Below are positions 9,653 to 20,006 of a stretch of 64,000 nucleotides of DNA, piece by piece. The DNA lies in IMG/VR virus record IMGVR_UViG_3300037852_000046, positions 15,074 to 79,073 of that record, one strand, 5' to 3'. The notes under the pieces are model-generated. The model saw nothing but the letters and a program-made list of their open reading frames with translations. It was not told where the DNA came from and made no database searches. Origin of the DNA: a virus. How positions within the stretch are numbered: the stretch's first letter is position 1; the number at the start of each line of letters is the position of its first letter. The translations under genes and the position numbers were made by a program.

Positions 9653-11694
9653 CCCTTCCTGTATCGGTATCCTTCAAAACCCGCTGCAGCTAAGGGTAAT
9701 CCTGGTGCCCATGCCGGAACCACGGCCATGAGCGACGACAGGTGCTTCGGCCCATACATCAGACCGTCCGGAGCGTACGTGATGTTCTCATCGTGCACTG
9801 GTAGACGGATCTCGTATCCGGCTTCAAGAATCGCGGGATAGCTTGCCTTGAACACATCACGGGCGACGGCTTGCGTACGGTTTTCAGTTATTTTGCCCCC
9901 ATACGTTGTAAGTCTTTGCCATTTCCGGCTGTACTGGTTCAAGCCCATATAGGACAGTCTACTGTCCGTCTGCGGTGCGGGGTAGGAGACGGAACGCCCA
10001 CTCGGTAGAATGACACGCAACCAGTTGCCCTTGCGCACGAAGGTGCAACGCCCTGAGACAAACTCCTTACCTTCATTGCTAACCGCATTGCTGAATGAAA
10101 GATCGTCGCTTGTCCACATCTGAACCGTTTTCGGATGCGCGCGTCGCCATAGGCGTTTCAAGGAATCGCAAGCGATGAATACGTCTTTCGGCAGACCGTA
10201 CGTGGAGCGCTTCGTCTCAATAGACCATTCCCAAAAATTGAGGGCTTCTCTCACGGCATCATCCGGCAATGACAGGCCGCTCGTCATCTGTTCAAGGTCC
10301 AGAGCGTAAACCGCAGCAAATGTAATGAACGATCCGACCCCGCCTCCGAAACCCATAGCCAGTTCCAGCACCTTGCCTACTTGGCGCTTTGCTTCTTCAA
10401 GAGAGACGCCGAAAGTCCGCGCATACGAAGCAATGTAAAGATCCGGACCTTCGCCTCTATCAAAATCCCGAAACGCCTGTAGCTTCCACTCTTCGCCGGC
10501 CAGCCAGGCCAGTACACGCCCTTCGATATTCGACAGGTCGGCTATGACGATCTTCTTACCCGGCGGCGCGATGATCACTCCGCGCATCGCGTTCGCGCAT
10601 AGTTCCATCACGTTACCCGTAACGAGATCCGCGCAACCGGCCTTGATGGCGTCAATGCCCGCGTCGATCTCACCACCCGGTAGCGTAGGGCGCATCAGAT
10701 TCTGAGGCTGGAAGAGTCGGCCGGCATCGCGTCCGGTCCGCCCAGCGCCCGAGAACTGGATCACGCCTCGCAGGCACCCGTCCGAACTGGTAGAACGAAT
10801 CACCCTCTTGTACTTGCTTACGGATGACGTAGAGGCCATAAGGCGGATGCCGATCAGATCTCTGACTCCATCGGGCAAAGACGAATCCGTAAGGCGTCGT
10901 TCAAGTGTATCCGCCCGCATATCGGGCAGTGATACCCCATGTTCTCTGAGTATGTGTTCAAGCAATTTATCTCTTTGCGTCGCGGATGTAACTGCTCCAT
11001 CCGTTGCTTCGCTAACAGCGACCGCAAGGCCGGCTTGCGCAACATCGACCGCTTCAACGGCAGACCTCGCGAGATCCAGATCGACATAAATGCCCTCCTG
11101 ATTGATTCGCTGATCCAGTTTCCAAAGCTTAAGTTCGAATTCGTGATTCGGGTAATTCCACTTCGGCATTTTCTGATGCAGGATGCGCATCGAAGTGATA
11201 TCCGACTCCGCGTACTCGATGAATTCCGCCCACTCTGCTGGATGCGTTTCGCGCGTATAGCGCCTGATCGTGCTGTTAACAGGGCGCGGTTTGCAAAACA
11301 GTTGAATCAGCTGCTTACCGCGCTTGTGCTTTGCTATATCCGTGTCGAGTTTGAAAATCTCGCACAAGGTATCCAACTTTCCAGGGAGTCCATGGCAAAG
11401 CGCCTGAACCATTGTGTCGCGGTGGCGCGCTTCATCGGCCATGAAGTACGGCAAGGCGTGTTTTAAAACCACGCGGTCAAACATCCCGGAGTTATGCCCC
11501 CAAAATTCGTCGGCGTCCTGTACGGCTTCAATGAGTTCACCGGGCATAGGGGTGTACGTCGCATCCCAACACTGAACCGGCCCGTCATCGACCGCCCACG
11601 CAAATAGCAATACCTCTGCTGCCTCCGCATATTTATGCGCGCCATCCGTGATTGGGATTTCGCTGTATGTTTCCAGATCCCACCAGAGTTTCAT
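9649..11694 (-). CDS. Phage family A DNA polymerase with 3'-5' exonuclease
   Basis: DLET, RTGR..QPQN, ADLSNIEGR, RQVGKVLELAMGFG, VHDE. Confidence 0.93.
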   Translation of the reverse strand: MKLWWDLETYSEIPITDGAHKYAEAAEVLLFAWAVDDGPVQCWDATYTPMPGELIEAVQDADEFWGHNSGMFDRVVLKHALPYFMADEARHRDTMVQALCHGLPGKLDTLCEIFKLDTDIAKHKRGKQLIQLFCKPRPVNSTIRRYTRETHPAEWAEFIEYAESDITSMRILHQKMPKWNYPNHEFELKLWKLDQRINQEGIYVDLDLARSAVEAVDVAQAGLAVAVSEATDGAVTSATQRDKLLEHILREHGVSLPDMRADTLERRLTDSSLPDGVRDLIGIRLMASTSSVSKYKRVIRSTSSDGCLRGVIQFSGAGRTGRDAGRLFQPQNLMRPTLPGGEIDAGIDAIKAGCADLVTGNVMELCANAMRGVIIAPPGKKIVIADLSNIEGRVLAWLAGEEWKLQAFRDFDRGEGPDLYIASYARTFGVSLEEAKRQVGKVLELAMGFGGGVGSFITFAAVYALDLEQMTSGLSLPDDAVREALNFWEWSIETKRSTYGLPKDVFIACDSLKRLWRRAHPKTVQMWTSDDLSFSNAVSNEGKEFVSGRCTFVRKGNWLRVILPSGRSVSYPAPQTDSRLSYMGLNQYSRKWQRLTTYGGKITENRTQAVARDVFKASYPAILEAGYEIRLPVHDENITYAPDGLMYGPKHLSSLMAVVPAWAPGLPLAAAGFEGYRYRKG

Positions 11695-11921
11695 CGCTGA
11701 TCCTCGTAGTCCGCGAAGTCAACGGGCTCATCCCATTCGTGACCGCATTCCGGGCACGTCATCGCGATATCAAACTCATGCCGTTTTTCGCTGTCGTCTT
11801 CCGGTTCCTGTTTCGCAAAACGCTTTGCGGCTTCCAGAATCGCGCACACATCATCGTCATCCGCAATCAGTGCGCTGCGTAACTCTTCGTCGCTCCAGCT
11901 TGAATAATTTATGTCTCGCAT
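11691..11921 (-). CDS. Small acidic protein with CPECG zinc knuckle (A only)
   Basis: ORF coupled to pol start. Confidence 0.55.
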   Translation of the reverse strand: MRDINYSSWSDEELRSALIADDDDVCAILEAAKRFAKQEPEDDSEKRHEFDIAMTCPECGHEWDEPVDFADYEDQR

Positions 11922-11954
11922 CTGCTGAACCCGGCTTTCGCCGGGCCTCCATAG

Positions 11955-12542
11955 TTACGCCAGATCGTCTTCCGCATCGACAACATCAAATCCGTCATCC
12001 GTAGCGCGCGACGCGCCGCCGAAGCTGTCACCGTGGTCCCGGAACTGTACGCCGAGCAGCCCGCAGCGCATGCCACTATACGTGCCTGACTGAGCCCACA
12101 TTTCCACCTTGGCGTTGACGTAGCACCCGGCGTAGATCACGCCCTCCTTGCCGGTCAACTTTTGAGCCTTGCCGGTTTCCGGATCCTTGAACTTGTGCAG
12201 AAAGATCGGCGCGCCGTCCTTCTGCTTGCGCACTGCCGACAGCGCATAGCGGTTCTCGAACCCTTCATACACTTCGCCCGTCTTGTCTTTCTTGTTTTTC
12301 ATGTATGAGAACTTGTTCTTGTTCCCTCGCATGTCTTCAAGAAAAGCATCGGCCTTCTTCCCCCACAAGGCGACTGCCTCTTTCTGGATTGCGTCCTGAA
12401 TCGCAGCGTCGTTTGCGCTACCCGGCTCCACGATGAACGCGGCAGTGTGGCGGAAATCGCCTTGGCCTTCATACTGCGCGGGCTCGAAAAGATCATCGAT
12501 AAACGCGATGCGGACATTCTTCAATTGCACGATGGTACCCAT
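11955..12542 (-). CDS. ssDNA-binding protein (DUF2815/T7 gp2.5-like)
   Basis: IYAGCYVNA..GVQF..GDSFGG; acidic tail. Confidence 0.88.
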   Translation of the reverse strand: MGTIVQLKNVRIAFIDDLFEPAQYEGQGDFRHTAAFIVEPGSANDAAIQDAIQKEAVALWGKKADAFLEDMRGNKNKFSYMKNKKDKTGEVYEGFENRYALSAVRKQKDGAPIFLHKFKDPETGKAQKLTGKEGVIYAGCYVNAKVEMWAQSGTYSGMRCGLLGVQFRDHGDSFGGASRATDDGFDVVDAEDDLA

Positions 12543-12555
12543 TTTCTACATCTCC

Positions 12556-13794
12556 TTAACAAAGGTCTTCGGCTTCAAAGCCGTCTTCCAAGGGTTTGAC
12601 TTCAATAGCCGGACGCTTGTCCGATTCGTGGACTACATGCGGCTTTCCTTCAGCCTGAATCACCAAAGCCTCAATCTGTTTCAGGCGTCGCGGTTGATCC
12701 TTCAGCGCTTCAAGGATAGGCTTGGGGCCGAGCAGTTTGAAGCTGTACATATGGTCCTGTTTCATCTTGAACTTCTTCATGAGGCTTTCCGCTTCCTCAT
12801 CCGACGCCCATTGCCGGTTACCGCGCTTGCCTGCCACAACCTTGACGCCCGGTACGGTCTTGCCTGCGAACACTTCCAGTTCGATACGCGCGCGTACAGC
12901 CTTGATCCAGTCTTCGACCATCTCCAGCCTGGCGAACTTCTGCCCGAGTGACTCGACGCGGATCAGTTCAATGTTGTCGATGACTGGATCTTCAGCTTCG
13001 AAATCCGCGCCTGTCACTTCCTCTACTGCTTTCAGCAATGCAGGGCAGACCGCCTTCGCCTTGCACCACTGGCAGGTCTTCTCCGACGGCGCAAAGTCCG
13101 ATTCCTTCAGCGCGCGTTTATCCACCATCTTGTGAATCAAAATTGCCTTCTGCGCTGCCGGAGTCGCGTACGCATGCGCCCATCCAGTAATGAAGTCAGG
13201 CGTCGTAAACCATTCTTTCGATGCGGAAGAGCGAAGCGGCTGCTCAATGATCAGGTTCACATGCGTGAACTCTTCCGTAAGCCCGAACTTCTCAAGCGCT
13301 CCGGAACCGTACATAAGCAGCTGCGGATTCTCTTCGACTTCGACTTCGGAGTATCCGAATTTCGCATCGACTACATCAAGCACAGAATGACCATCAGGAT
13401 AGCTAACGACAAGCACGATATCCCCGCGTCCAGTAGCACCCTCCTCGCCCGTGATGTGCTCAATCGGGAGATCCTGCTCCACTTCGACAGTAACGTGACA
13501 GCCGAGCAGAATGTAACTACGAATACGCTCGCGTACGTTATCAATAACAGTCTGTACGTCGGCGGCTAACTCCCGGTTGACGGTATGTCCTTTCTTCAGG
13601 ATATGACCTTCATACTTCATCGCATCGTTTCCGAAGGCCATGCACAAGGTCAGCAATTCGTGCTTGTCCGTTCCGAGATCCGCAGCCTTCGTATCGCCTT
13701 CCGGCTGGCCGATCTCCATGGCGAGCGAGTTTGCGCAATACAGCCAGCGGTGCGCGCTCGACGGGCTGGCTAGGGCGTGGTATTCCTCACTCAT
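12556..13794 (-). CDS. Cas4-like PD-(D/E)xK exonuclease (DUF2800)
   Basis: HALASPSSAHRWLYC, DAKFG, NPQLLMY, CQWCKAKAVC. Confidence 0.88.
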   Translation of the reverse strand: MSEEYHALASPSSAHRWLYCANSLAMEIGQPEGDTKAADLGTDKHELLTLCMAFGNDAMKYEGHILKKGHTVNRELAADVQTVIDNVRERIRSYILLGCHVTVEVEQDLPIEHITGEEGATGRGDIVLVVSYPDGHSVLDVVDAKFGYSEVEVEENPQLLMYGSGALEKFGLTEEFTHVNLIIEQPLRSSASKEWFTTPDFITGWAHAYATPAAQKAILIHKMVDKRALKESDFAPSEKTCQWCKAKAVCPALLKAVEEVTGADFEAEDPVIDNIELIRVESLGQKFARLEMVEDWIKAVRARIELEVFAGKTVPGVKVVAGKRGNRQWASDEEAESLMKKFKMKQDHMYSFKLLGPKPILEALKDQPRRLKQIEALVIQAEGKPHVVHESDKRPAIEVKPLEDGFEAEDLC

Positions 13795-13884
13795 TTGCTT
13801 AACCCCCACGCGATGGCAAACAGGACAACGGAACAACACATAAAAGTCATCCCTGCTGAAACGCAAACAAAGATTCCTAGGAGG

Positions 13885-14313
13885 TCATGCTTCATGTGGA
13901 GCCTCCGGATCGACTTCGCGGTTCGCAACGCGTGTCAAGTAAGTCACGGCTTCCGGCCACTGAGTTTCGGTCAGTTCCTTGCCGTGCTTCACGCCGAGAC
14001 GCGCGAGCGCTGCCTTCGCTTTCGCCAGATCGGTCTTTGCGATCTGCGTCACCAGCTTGGCGACGTCGCTATAGGCAACCGGCTTTGATTCTTCTGCGGA
14101 AGTCTGCGAAGTGCTGGTAGTGGTCGGTGAGGGTTCGTTTGGGAGGTCTTCGACCTTCATCGAAGCCGTAGCGAGCGGCGCACCTTTCAATTCGTGGACG
14201 ATCGAATCTGGCCTTGGCGCTTGCATACCGCTGTTCGGCTCAAAACGATCCACAAGCACCTTGATCAAGCCTTCAACGGCTTGCGTCAACTCTTCAATAC
14301 GTGTTTCAAGCAT
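13885..14313 (-). CDS. Hypothetical protein, first gene of replication operon
   Basis: C-terminal domain conserved with 54337-54813. Confidence 0.75.
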   Translation of the reverse strand: MLETRIEELTQAVEGLIKVLVDRFEPNSGMQAPRPDSIVHELKGAPLATASMKVEDLPNEPSPTTTSTSQTSAEESKPVAYSDVAKLVTQIAKTDLAKAKAALARLGVKHGKELTETQWPEAVTYLTRVANREVDPEAPHEA

Positions 14314-14350
14314 TCTTCATCTCCTTCGGTTGATGGGTAACGCAGACCAG

Positions 14351-14379
14351 AATTTAGGCGCTAAAATTCCCCTTGTCAA
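14351..14379 (-). promoter_or_regulatory. Leftward sigma70 promoter of replication operon
   Basis: TTGACA-N17-TAAATT; both boxes conserved at 54851-54879. Confidence 0.75.
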
Positions 14380-14440
14380 GACATATTTTACGGATAAATT
14401 TTCTCTTGCTATACTTTCGGCACTTGAAAGGACACTGAGC

Positions 14441-14902
14441 ATGGAATACTCCGACGAAGAACTAGCAGCTTTGGATGCCTACTACGAAAGCGTGAAGGAA
14501 AATTTTGAGCGCAAAGTTCGCACCTATCAGAGCGAATACGCCAAATCTCCTGCTGGACGACTCGCCGCGAAGCGCTACAGGGAAAGTAACCGCGAAAAAT
14601 TGACTGCCTACCATGTGGGGTATCAAGCGGCACATCGCGGGGCGATCAACGCACGCGCCAACAAACGCAACGCTACAAAGATCAAAGCTACGCCGTCTTG
14701 GGCAGATCTCAAAGCCATAAAAGAAATCTATGAACTGGCGGTTTTTCTTAGCGAGACGTTAGGAGAGCCTTATCACGTGGACCACATCGTGCCATTGAGG
14801 TCAAAGCTGGTATGCGGTTTGCACTGGGAGCAGAATTTACAAGTTCTGCCCTGGTTAGAGAACATCCAGAAATCCAACAAAACATGGCCTGACATGCCTT
14901 AG
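14441..14902 (+). CDS. HNH endonuclease (A only)
   Basis: HVDHIVPL...GLHWEQNLQVL..EN..KSN. Confidence 0.88.
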   Translation: MEYSDEELAALDAYYESVKENFERKVRTYQSEYAKSPAGRLAAKRYRESNREKLTAYHVGYQAAHRGAINARANKRNATKIKATPSWADLKAIKEIYELAVFLSETLGEPYHVDHIVPLRSKLVCGLHWEQNLQVLPWLENIQKSNKTWPDMP

Positions 14903-14905
14903 CAC

Positions 14906-14934
14906 TTGCGAACTGAGTTTGCATTTGCTATAGT
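14906..14934 (+). promoter_or_regulatory. Rightward early promoter with GCATTTGC operator
   Basis: TTGCGA-N17-TATAGT. Confidence 0.75.
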
Positions 14935-14961
14935 CCAGTCACCATCAACGAAGGAGAAATC

Positions 14962-15719
<758 letters not shown>

Positions 15720-15720
<1 letters not shown>

Positions 15721-16004
15721 TGTCGATTGGAAAATTCAAGCAGTGGCTGGCGGAATCGACTCCCGCTGAGAAACGGGAGCTTGCGATTAAAGCATCCACG
15801 TCCGTCAGTACGCTCTGGCAGATTTCCTACGAGGTGCGCGGCAACGGTAAACCGTTCAACGCATCTTCGGAACTCGCAGGGCGTATCGAGCGGGCAATCA
15901 CATCGATCAACAAGCGCCGTCGTCATGCCCCGCTTCCTGAAGTGCGGAAGGGGGACATCTCGAAGGATTGCGCGAAGTGCCGTTTCTACAAGGAATGCGA
16001 ATAA
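15720..16004 (+). CDS. Cro/XRE-like HTH regulator with C-terminal CxxC
   Basis: RELAIKASTSVSTLWQI; nearly identical in B. Confidence 0.65.
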
Positions 16005-16095
16005 TGAAACTCGGTTTAGTTATTGGTGTATTTGGCGTAATCGTAGGTATCTTTATCTTTTTTCTCTATCTGGTTTTTTTTGCGGACTACTGAAA

Positions 16096-16359
16096 ATGGT
16101 ACCTCTTGTAGATTTTGCGGTACGTCTGGTGCAGCTCAAGAATGAAGGGAAGTGGAGCCAGAAGGATCTTGCGGAAAAGATCCGCGTTAACCCGGCCACG
16201 TTGTCGAACTATGAACACCGGCATTTCGTCCCGGATCTGTGGACGCTGCTTGAGATCGCAAAGGTGTTTGACGTGTCGCTCGACTATCTTTGCGGTTTGT
16301 CAGAAGTGCGCAAACCGGTGGTGAACATGCTGCTCAAGGACTGGAAGGAAAGACAATGA
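16096..16359 (+). CDS. XRE-family HTH regulator
   Basis: WSQKDLAEKIRVNPATLSNYE...DVSLDYL. Confidence 0.85.
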   Translation: MVPLVDFAVRLVQLKNEGKWSQKDLAEKIRVNPATLSNYEHRHFVPDLWTLLEIAKVFDVSLDYLCGLSEVRKPVVNMLLKDWKERQ

Positions 16360-17003
16360 AACTCGCTGCCCTGCTTATCGCTTTACCCATCGTCGCGCAC
16401 GCTCAATCTTTCTTCCAGATGGAAGCCGGTCTTGGCGTCACGCACTACCAGACAGAGAATGGACGCTGGTATCAGAACGGCCAGCCGGATAACCGCGTCA
16501 CGTCAACCGTGCCAGCGTTCACGCTGGGGCTGACCGGGCCTGTCGTCACGCTCGGCGCGTGGGGCGTTGACTGGCATGCGGATTACGTGAACCTTGGGCG
16601 CGCTGCGGCTTCCTGCCAGTGTGATACGAGCGATGCAGACTACGCAGCGCATACCACGAAGCACACGGCGTTCTACAGCGGTTCCGGCCGCGCGCAGGGC
16701 GTCGCGTTGACCCTGGAACCCTACCGGTACTACGCGGGACTGCGATGGGCTGCGGAGGCCGGTGCTTACGTCTACCACTCCAGCTGGAACGAGTCGGTAA
16801 CCGGCTGGACGGCAGGCGGGCCGCCGGTCGACCTGTCACTATCCGAAAGCCGGTGGAGCGTAGCGCCAGTCGCGGGCCTGTCAGTCGGTAACGGCAAATG
16901 GACTGCCGGATACCGGCATTACTTCATGCGTTATCGCAAGGCGGAGAACGTTCCGCCTTTGTGGAACGATGCTGACGTTTTGATGTTCACGAAGAGATTC
17001 TGA
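16356..17003 (+). CDS. Signal-peptide protein, probable outer-membrane beta-barrel
   Basis: AHA-Q cleavage site, amphipathic aromatic strands, terminal Phe. Confidence 0.65.
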   Translation: MKLAALLIALPIVAHAQSFFQMEAGLGVTHYQTENGRWYQNGQPDNRVTSTVPAFTLGLTGPVVTLGAWGVDWHADYVNLGRAAASCQCDTSDADYAAHTTKHTAFYSGSGRAQGVALTLEPYRYYAGLRWAAEAGAYVYHSSWNESVTGWTAGGPPVDLSLSESRWSVAPVAGLSVGNGKWTAGYRHYFMRYRKAENVPPLWNDADVLMFTKRF

Positions 17004-17239
17004 TGACCGGAATATACTGGCTGGACTGGTTGATGACGTGGATCGAAGCCATCATCAACGCTTTGGGAGACGGGTAAATGCTCATCGGTGTTTTCATCTG
17101 GTTTTTCGGATTGCTGTCGGCGGTCCCCTCATGGGTATGGGTCGTTTCCTTCGTCCTGTGCTGCATCGCATCTGTCGTCGGGCTGTTTGCGATCGCGAAA
17201 AGCATGCTAGACTGATCCCGTCTCCTTCTGTTGTCTTCG

Positions 17240-17263
17240 GCCCGCTTGCCTAGCGGGCTTTTT
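17240..17263 (+). terminator. Rho-independent terminator
   Basis: GCCCGCT-loop-AGCGGGC-TTTTT; conserved in B. Confidence 0.85.
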
Positions 17264-17328
17264 CTTGCCTGCTCCAAAAAGACAGAGTATGCTCCTTGAA
17301 CACCGTTGAACAACCAAGGAGATGTCCC

Positions 17329-17505
17329 GTGCTGATCCCTATTGCCGATGTTCTGGCGCTTATTCCCGTTTCCCGTGGCACGCTTTACAACCGTATGCAG
17401 GAACCTGATTTTCCGAAACCTGTGAAGATCGGAGGCCGGATCTTCTGGAAGTCCGAAGAGATCCAGGCATACATCGATTCGAAGCAGGTCAAAGCGGAGG
17501 CGTAA
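17329..17505 (+). CDS. AlpA-family regulator (excisionase-like wHTH)
   Basis: VSRGTLYNRM..PDFPKPVKIGGRIFW. Confidence 0.88.
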   Translation: MLIPIADVLALIPVSRGTLYNRMQEPDFPKPVKIGGRIFWKSEEIQAYIDSKQVKAEA

Positions 17506-19523
17506 TGCCGCAATTCCTGAAAGACTACGGCGAGCGGCTCGTCGAGCTCGGGTATACCGTCCTGCCGATCCGGCCGGGAACCAAACGTCCGGACCTGAAG
17601 AACTGGCCGCACCACGCTACCGCTGCCGACGACGTGCGCGCCTGGTACAGCAATGGGCGGGCAGGCCACGGGGTCGGCATCAATGCGCGCAACACCCCGG
17701 CCATCGATGTTGACGTAATGGACCGGGAAATTGCGGACGCGATGTCAGACGCCATCGACCGGATCTTCCCGGGCGTGGCGCTGCTCACGCGCACGGGCCT
17801 CGCTCCGAAGTTCCTGATTCCGTTCCGGAGCGACGAACCGTTCCGCAAGATCACCAGTTCTGTCTACACGGATGGTACAAATGAACACAAGGTCGAAATC
17901 CTCGGCGACGGTCAGCAATGGGTTGCCTATCACGTCCACCCTGACACTGGAAAACCGTACGCGTGGTGGGATGGATTGGGAGCCGGTGGAATTGTTGACA
18001 TGGAGCATGAAGCACTACCCGTTTTGGGAAGAGAAGACGCTCAACGCGTTCTTGACGCATTCGAGGTACTTGCGCACGCTCGGATGTCTTCAGGCCAATG
18101 GCGAGCCGTTACGCGCGCGTCAGAGGCAAAAGATCGATCATCCGATGCCGATCCCTTTGCGGAGTACGCTCAACCCGTAACCGATCTCACACGTAGCCAG
18201 ATCGAAACCCTGATCCACAAACTGGACTGGGATTCGCGCGACGACTGGGTGCGCGCGGGCCGGATACTGCACCACCAGTACAGCGGTGGTGAAGAAGGTT
18301 TCGAGATCTGGAACGCATGGGCAACGAACTCCAGCAAGTGGCAGGCCGAGACGGAAGCTGCGGTTTGGGAGTCGTTCGGGCGTCGCCACGACGCGCCAGA
18401 AACGATTCGCGCTCTCATCAAGGATTTCGGGCAACCGCCGGCAGAAGAGCACAAACCCGCGCCGCCGCATCCGCAAGCCACCAAAGAAGATCCTGTGCCT
18501 TTCAGCGAGGGTTCGCAGTTCGCAATCGGCTTTGAGGATATCGACTGGCTGATTGAGGACGTGGTGCCGCGTGCGCAGGTTGGCGTCATCTACGGTGCAT
18601 CCGGTTCCGGAAAGACCTTCTTCGCCCTCGATATGGCCTGCGCCGTCCAGAGGGGCGGTGTGTGGCGTATGAAGCATATCGAGCAGGCGGATACCTTCTA
18701 CGTCGCGGCGGAGGCGGGCAACGGCATCAAAAAGCGCATCGCGGCCTATCTCCAGTTTCACGGTGCAGGTCCCATGCCGTGGTTCGTTGATTATCAGCCG
18801 AACCTTGCGACCCTCGAATCAGTTCACGCTATCTCAACCTCCATCAAACTCCGGTCGCAGAACGCCGGCCTGATCTTCCTGGACACGCTCTCCCTGTCGC
18901 ATGACGGCGACGAGAACAGTAGCAAAGACATGTCCTTGGTCCTGCGCCACTGCAAGATTCTGTCTGATGATACGGGAGCGCTCGTAGTTCTCGTACACCA
19001 CACGGGCAAGGATGAGTCGAAAGGCATGCGGGGGTCCAGTTCACTTTACGCTGGCGCGGATTTCGTGCTCGAAGTCGTGTCGAAAGACAAAGACCGCACG
19101 ATGATCGTTGACAAGCTCAAAGACGGCGAGCGCGGCGCGAAGTTCGGGTTTTCCCTTCAGTCGGTCGAGGTCGGCACCACGCCGCGCGGCAAGGTCATTA
19201 CGTCTTGCTACGTCAGGGAGGAAGTGAAAACCATCTCGAAAGCGGAAGGCAAGCCTCTTACCAACGAGCAACAGATTTTCATCTTTGAAGTATTTCGCGA
19301 GTCTCTGGGCATGGCAACCGAGATGACGGAAACGGAACTCGTTGATGCGGTCAAGGCGAAACAGAAGGCGAACGATAACGTTCCGTCGCAGGGGCAGAGC
19401 ATCCGGAAAAGCATCGCAAAGATCGTAATCGCAGGCCATATTTGTAAGGAAGGTGAAAGACTTAGCCTACCTCATTCGGGGTCATTCGGGGTCATTCGGG
19501 GTCATCCGAATGAGGGTGAATGA
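17505..19523 (+). CDS. Prim-Pol + PriCT-2 + AAA_25 primase-helicase
   Basis: VLPIRPGTKRP, AIDVD, Walker A GASGSGKT, VHHTGKD..RGSS. Confidence 0.88.
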   Translation: MPQFLKDYGERLVELGYTVLPIRPGTKRPDLKNWPHHATAADDVRAWYSNGRAGHGVGINARNTPAIDVDVMDREIADAMSDAIDRIFPGVALLTRTGLAPKFLIPFRSDEPFRKITSSVYTDGTNEHKVEILGDGQQWVAYHVHPDTGKPYAWWDGLGAGGIVDMEHEALPVLGREDAQRVLDAFEVLAHARMSSGQWRAVTRASEAKDRSSDADPFAEYAQPVTDLTRSQIETLIHKLDWDSRDDWVRAGRILHHQYSGGEEGFEIWNAWATNSSKWQAETEAAVWESFGRRHDAPETIRALIKDFGQPPAEEHKPAPPHPQATKEDPVPFSEGSQFAIGFEDIDWLIEDVVPRAQVGVIYGASGSGKTFFALDMACAVQRGGVWRMKHIEQADTFYVAAEAGNGIKKRIAAYLQFHGAGPMPWFVDYQPNLATLESVHAISTSIKLRSQNAGLIFLDTLSLSHDGDENSSKDMSLVLRHCKILSDDTGALVVLVHHTGKDESKGMRGSSSLYAGADFVLEVVSKDKDRTMIVDKLKDGERGAKFGFSLQSVEVGTTPRGKVITSCYVREEVKTISKAEGKPLTNEQQIFIFEVFRESLGMATEMTETELVDAVKAKQKANDNVPSQGQSIRKSIAKIVIAGHICKEGERLSLPHSGSFGVIRGHPNEGE

Positions 19524-19586
19524 AGTCAGAAGCCTCATTCACCTCATTCGCGCTTTATAAGCGAATGAGTGAATGAGCTGAATGAG
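19472..19586. repeat. Candidate replication origin A: 3.5x 10-bp GTCATTCGGG plus CTCATTC/GAATGAG hairpin
   Basis: Tandem and inverted repeats at primase 3' end. Confidence 0.6.
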
Positions 19587-19614
19587 GTAATTTTTGAAGT
19601 GTAAGGAGAATGAA

Positions 19615-19800
19615 ATGTTTATCGCACTAACCGCAGCAGAGACGGGCGTAAGGGTTTACGTGAATATGAGTCTCATCAAGCATTTTTGGCGGGCAGCAGG
19701 ATGGACTGTCATGTATTCGGTAGAGGCAAAGTTTCCGACAGAGGTTCAGGAAACGCCGGACGAGATCCTGACGCTACTGGCCGGAGACAACGAACGATGA
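19615..19800 (+). CDS. Hypothetical protein
   Basis: Near-identical to 60714-60899. Confidence 0.7.
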   Translation: MFIALTAAETGVRVYVNMSLIKHFWRAAGWTVMYSVEAKFPTEVQETPDEILTLLAGDNER

Positions 19801-19979
19801 AACGCGATTCGGTTTTGTGTGTTGCCTGCGGCAGGGCCTTCGATGTCGGTTTGCTGGAGCTTGTACGCTGGTCGGGGCCGCTGTGGTGCCAGCCGTGCAT
19901 CCTGAAGGCGGATGAGGCTTTAAATCAGGCCGCCCAGCGGGCCGCGAGGGTTGGGGAGGTAGTTGGGGACCAGAAATGA
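19797..19979 (+). CDS. Small zinc-finger protein (CxxC...CxxC)
   Basis: CVAC...CQPC; identical protein in B. Confidence 0.65.
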   Translation: MKRDSVLCVACGRAFDVGLLELVRWSGPLWCQPCILKADEALNQAAQRAARVGEVVGDQK

Positions 19980-20006
19980 GAAACGGCCCGTTGTGGACCG
20001 CTCTCG

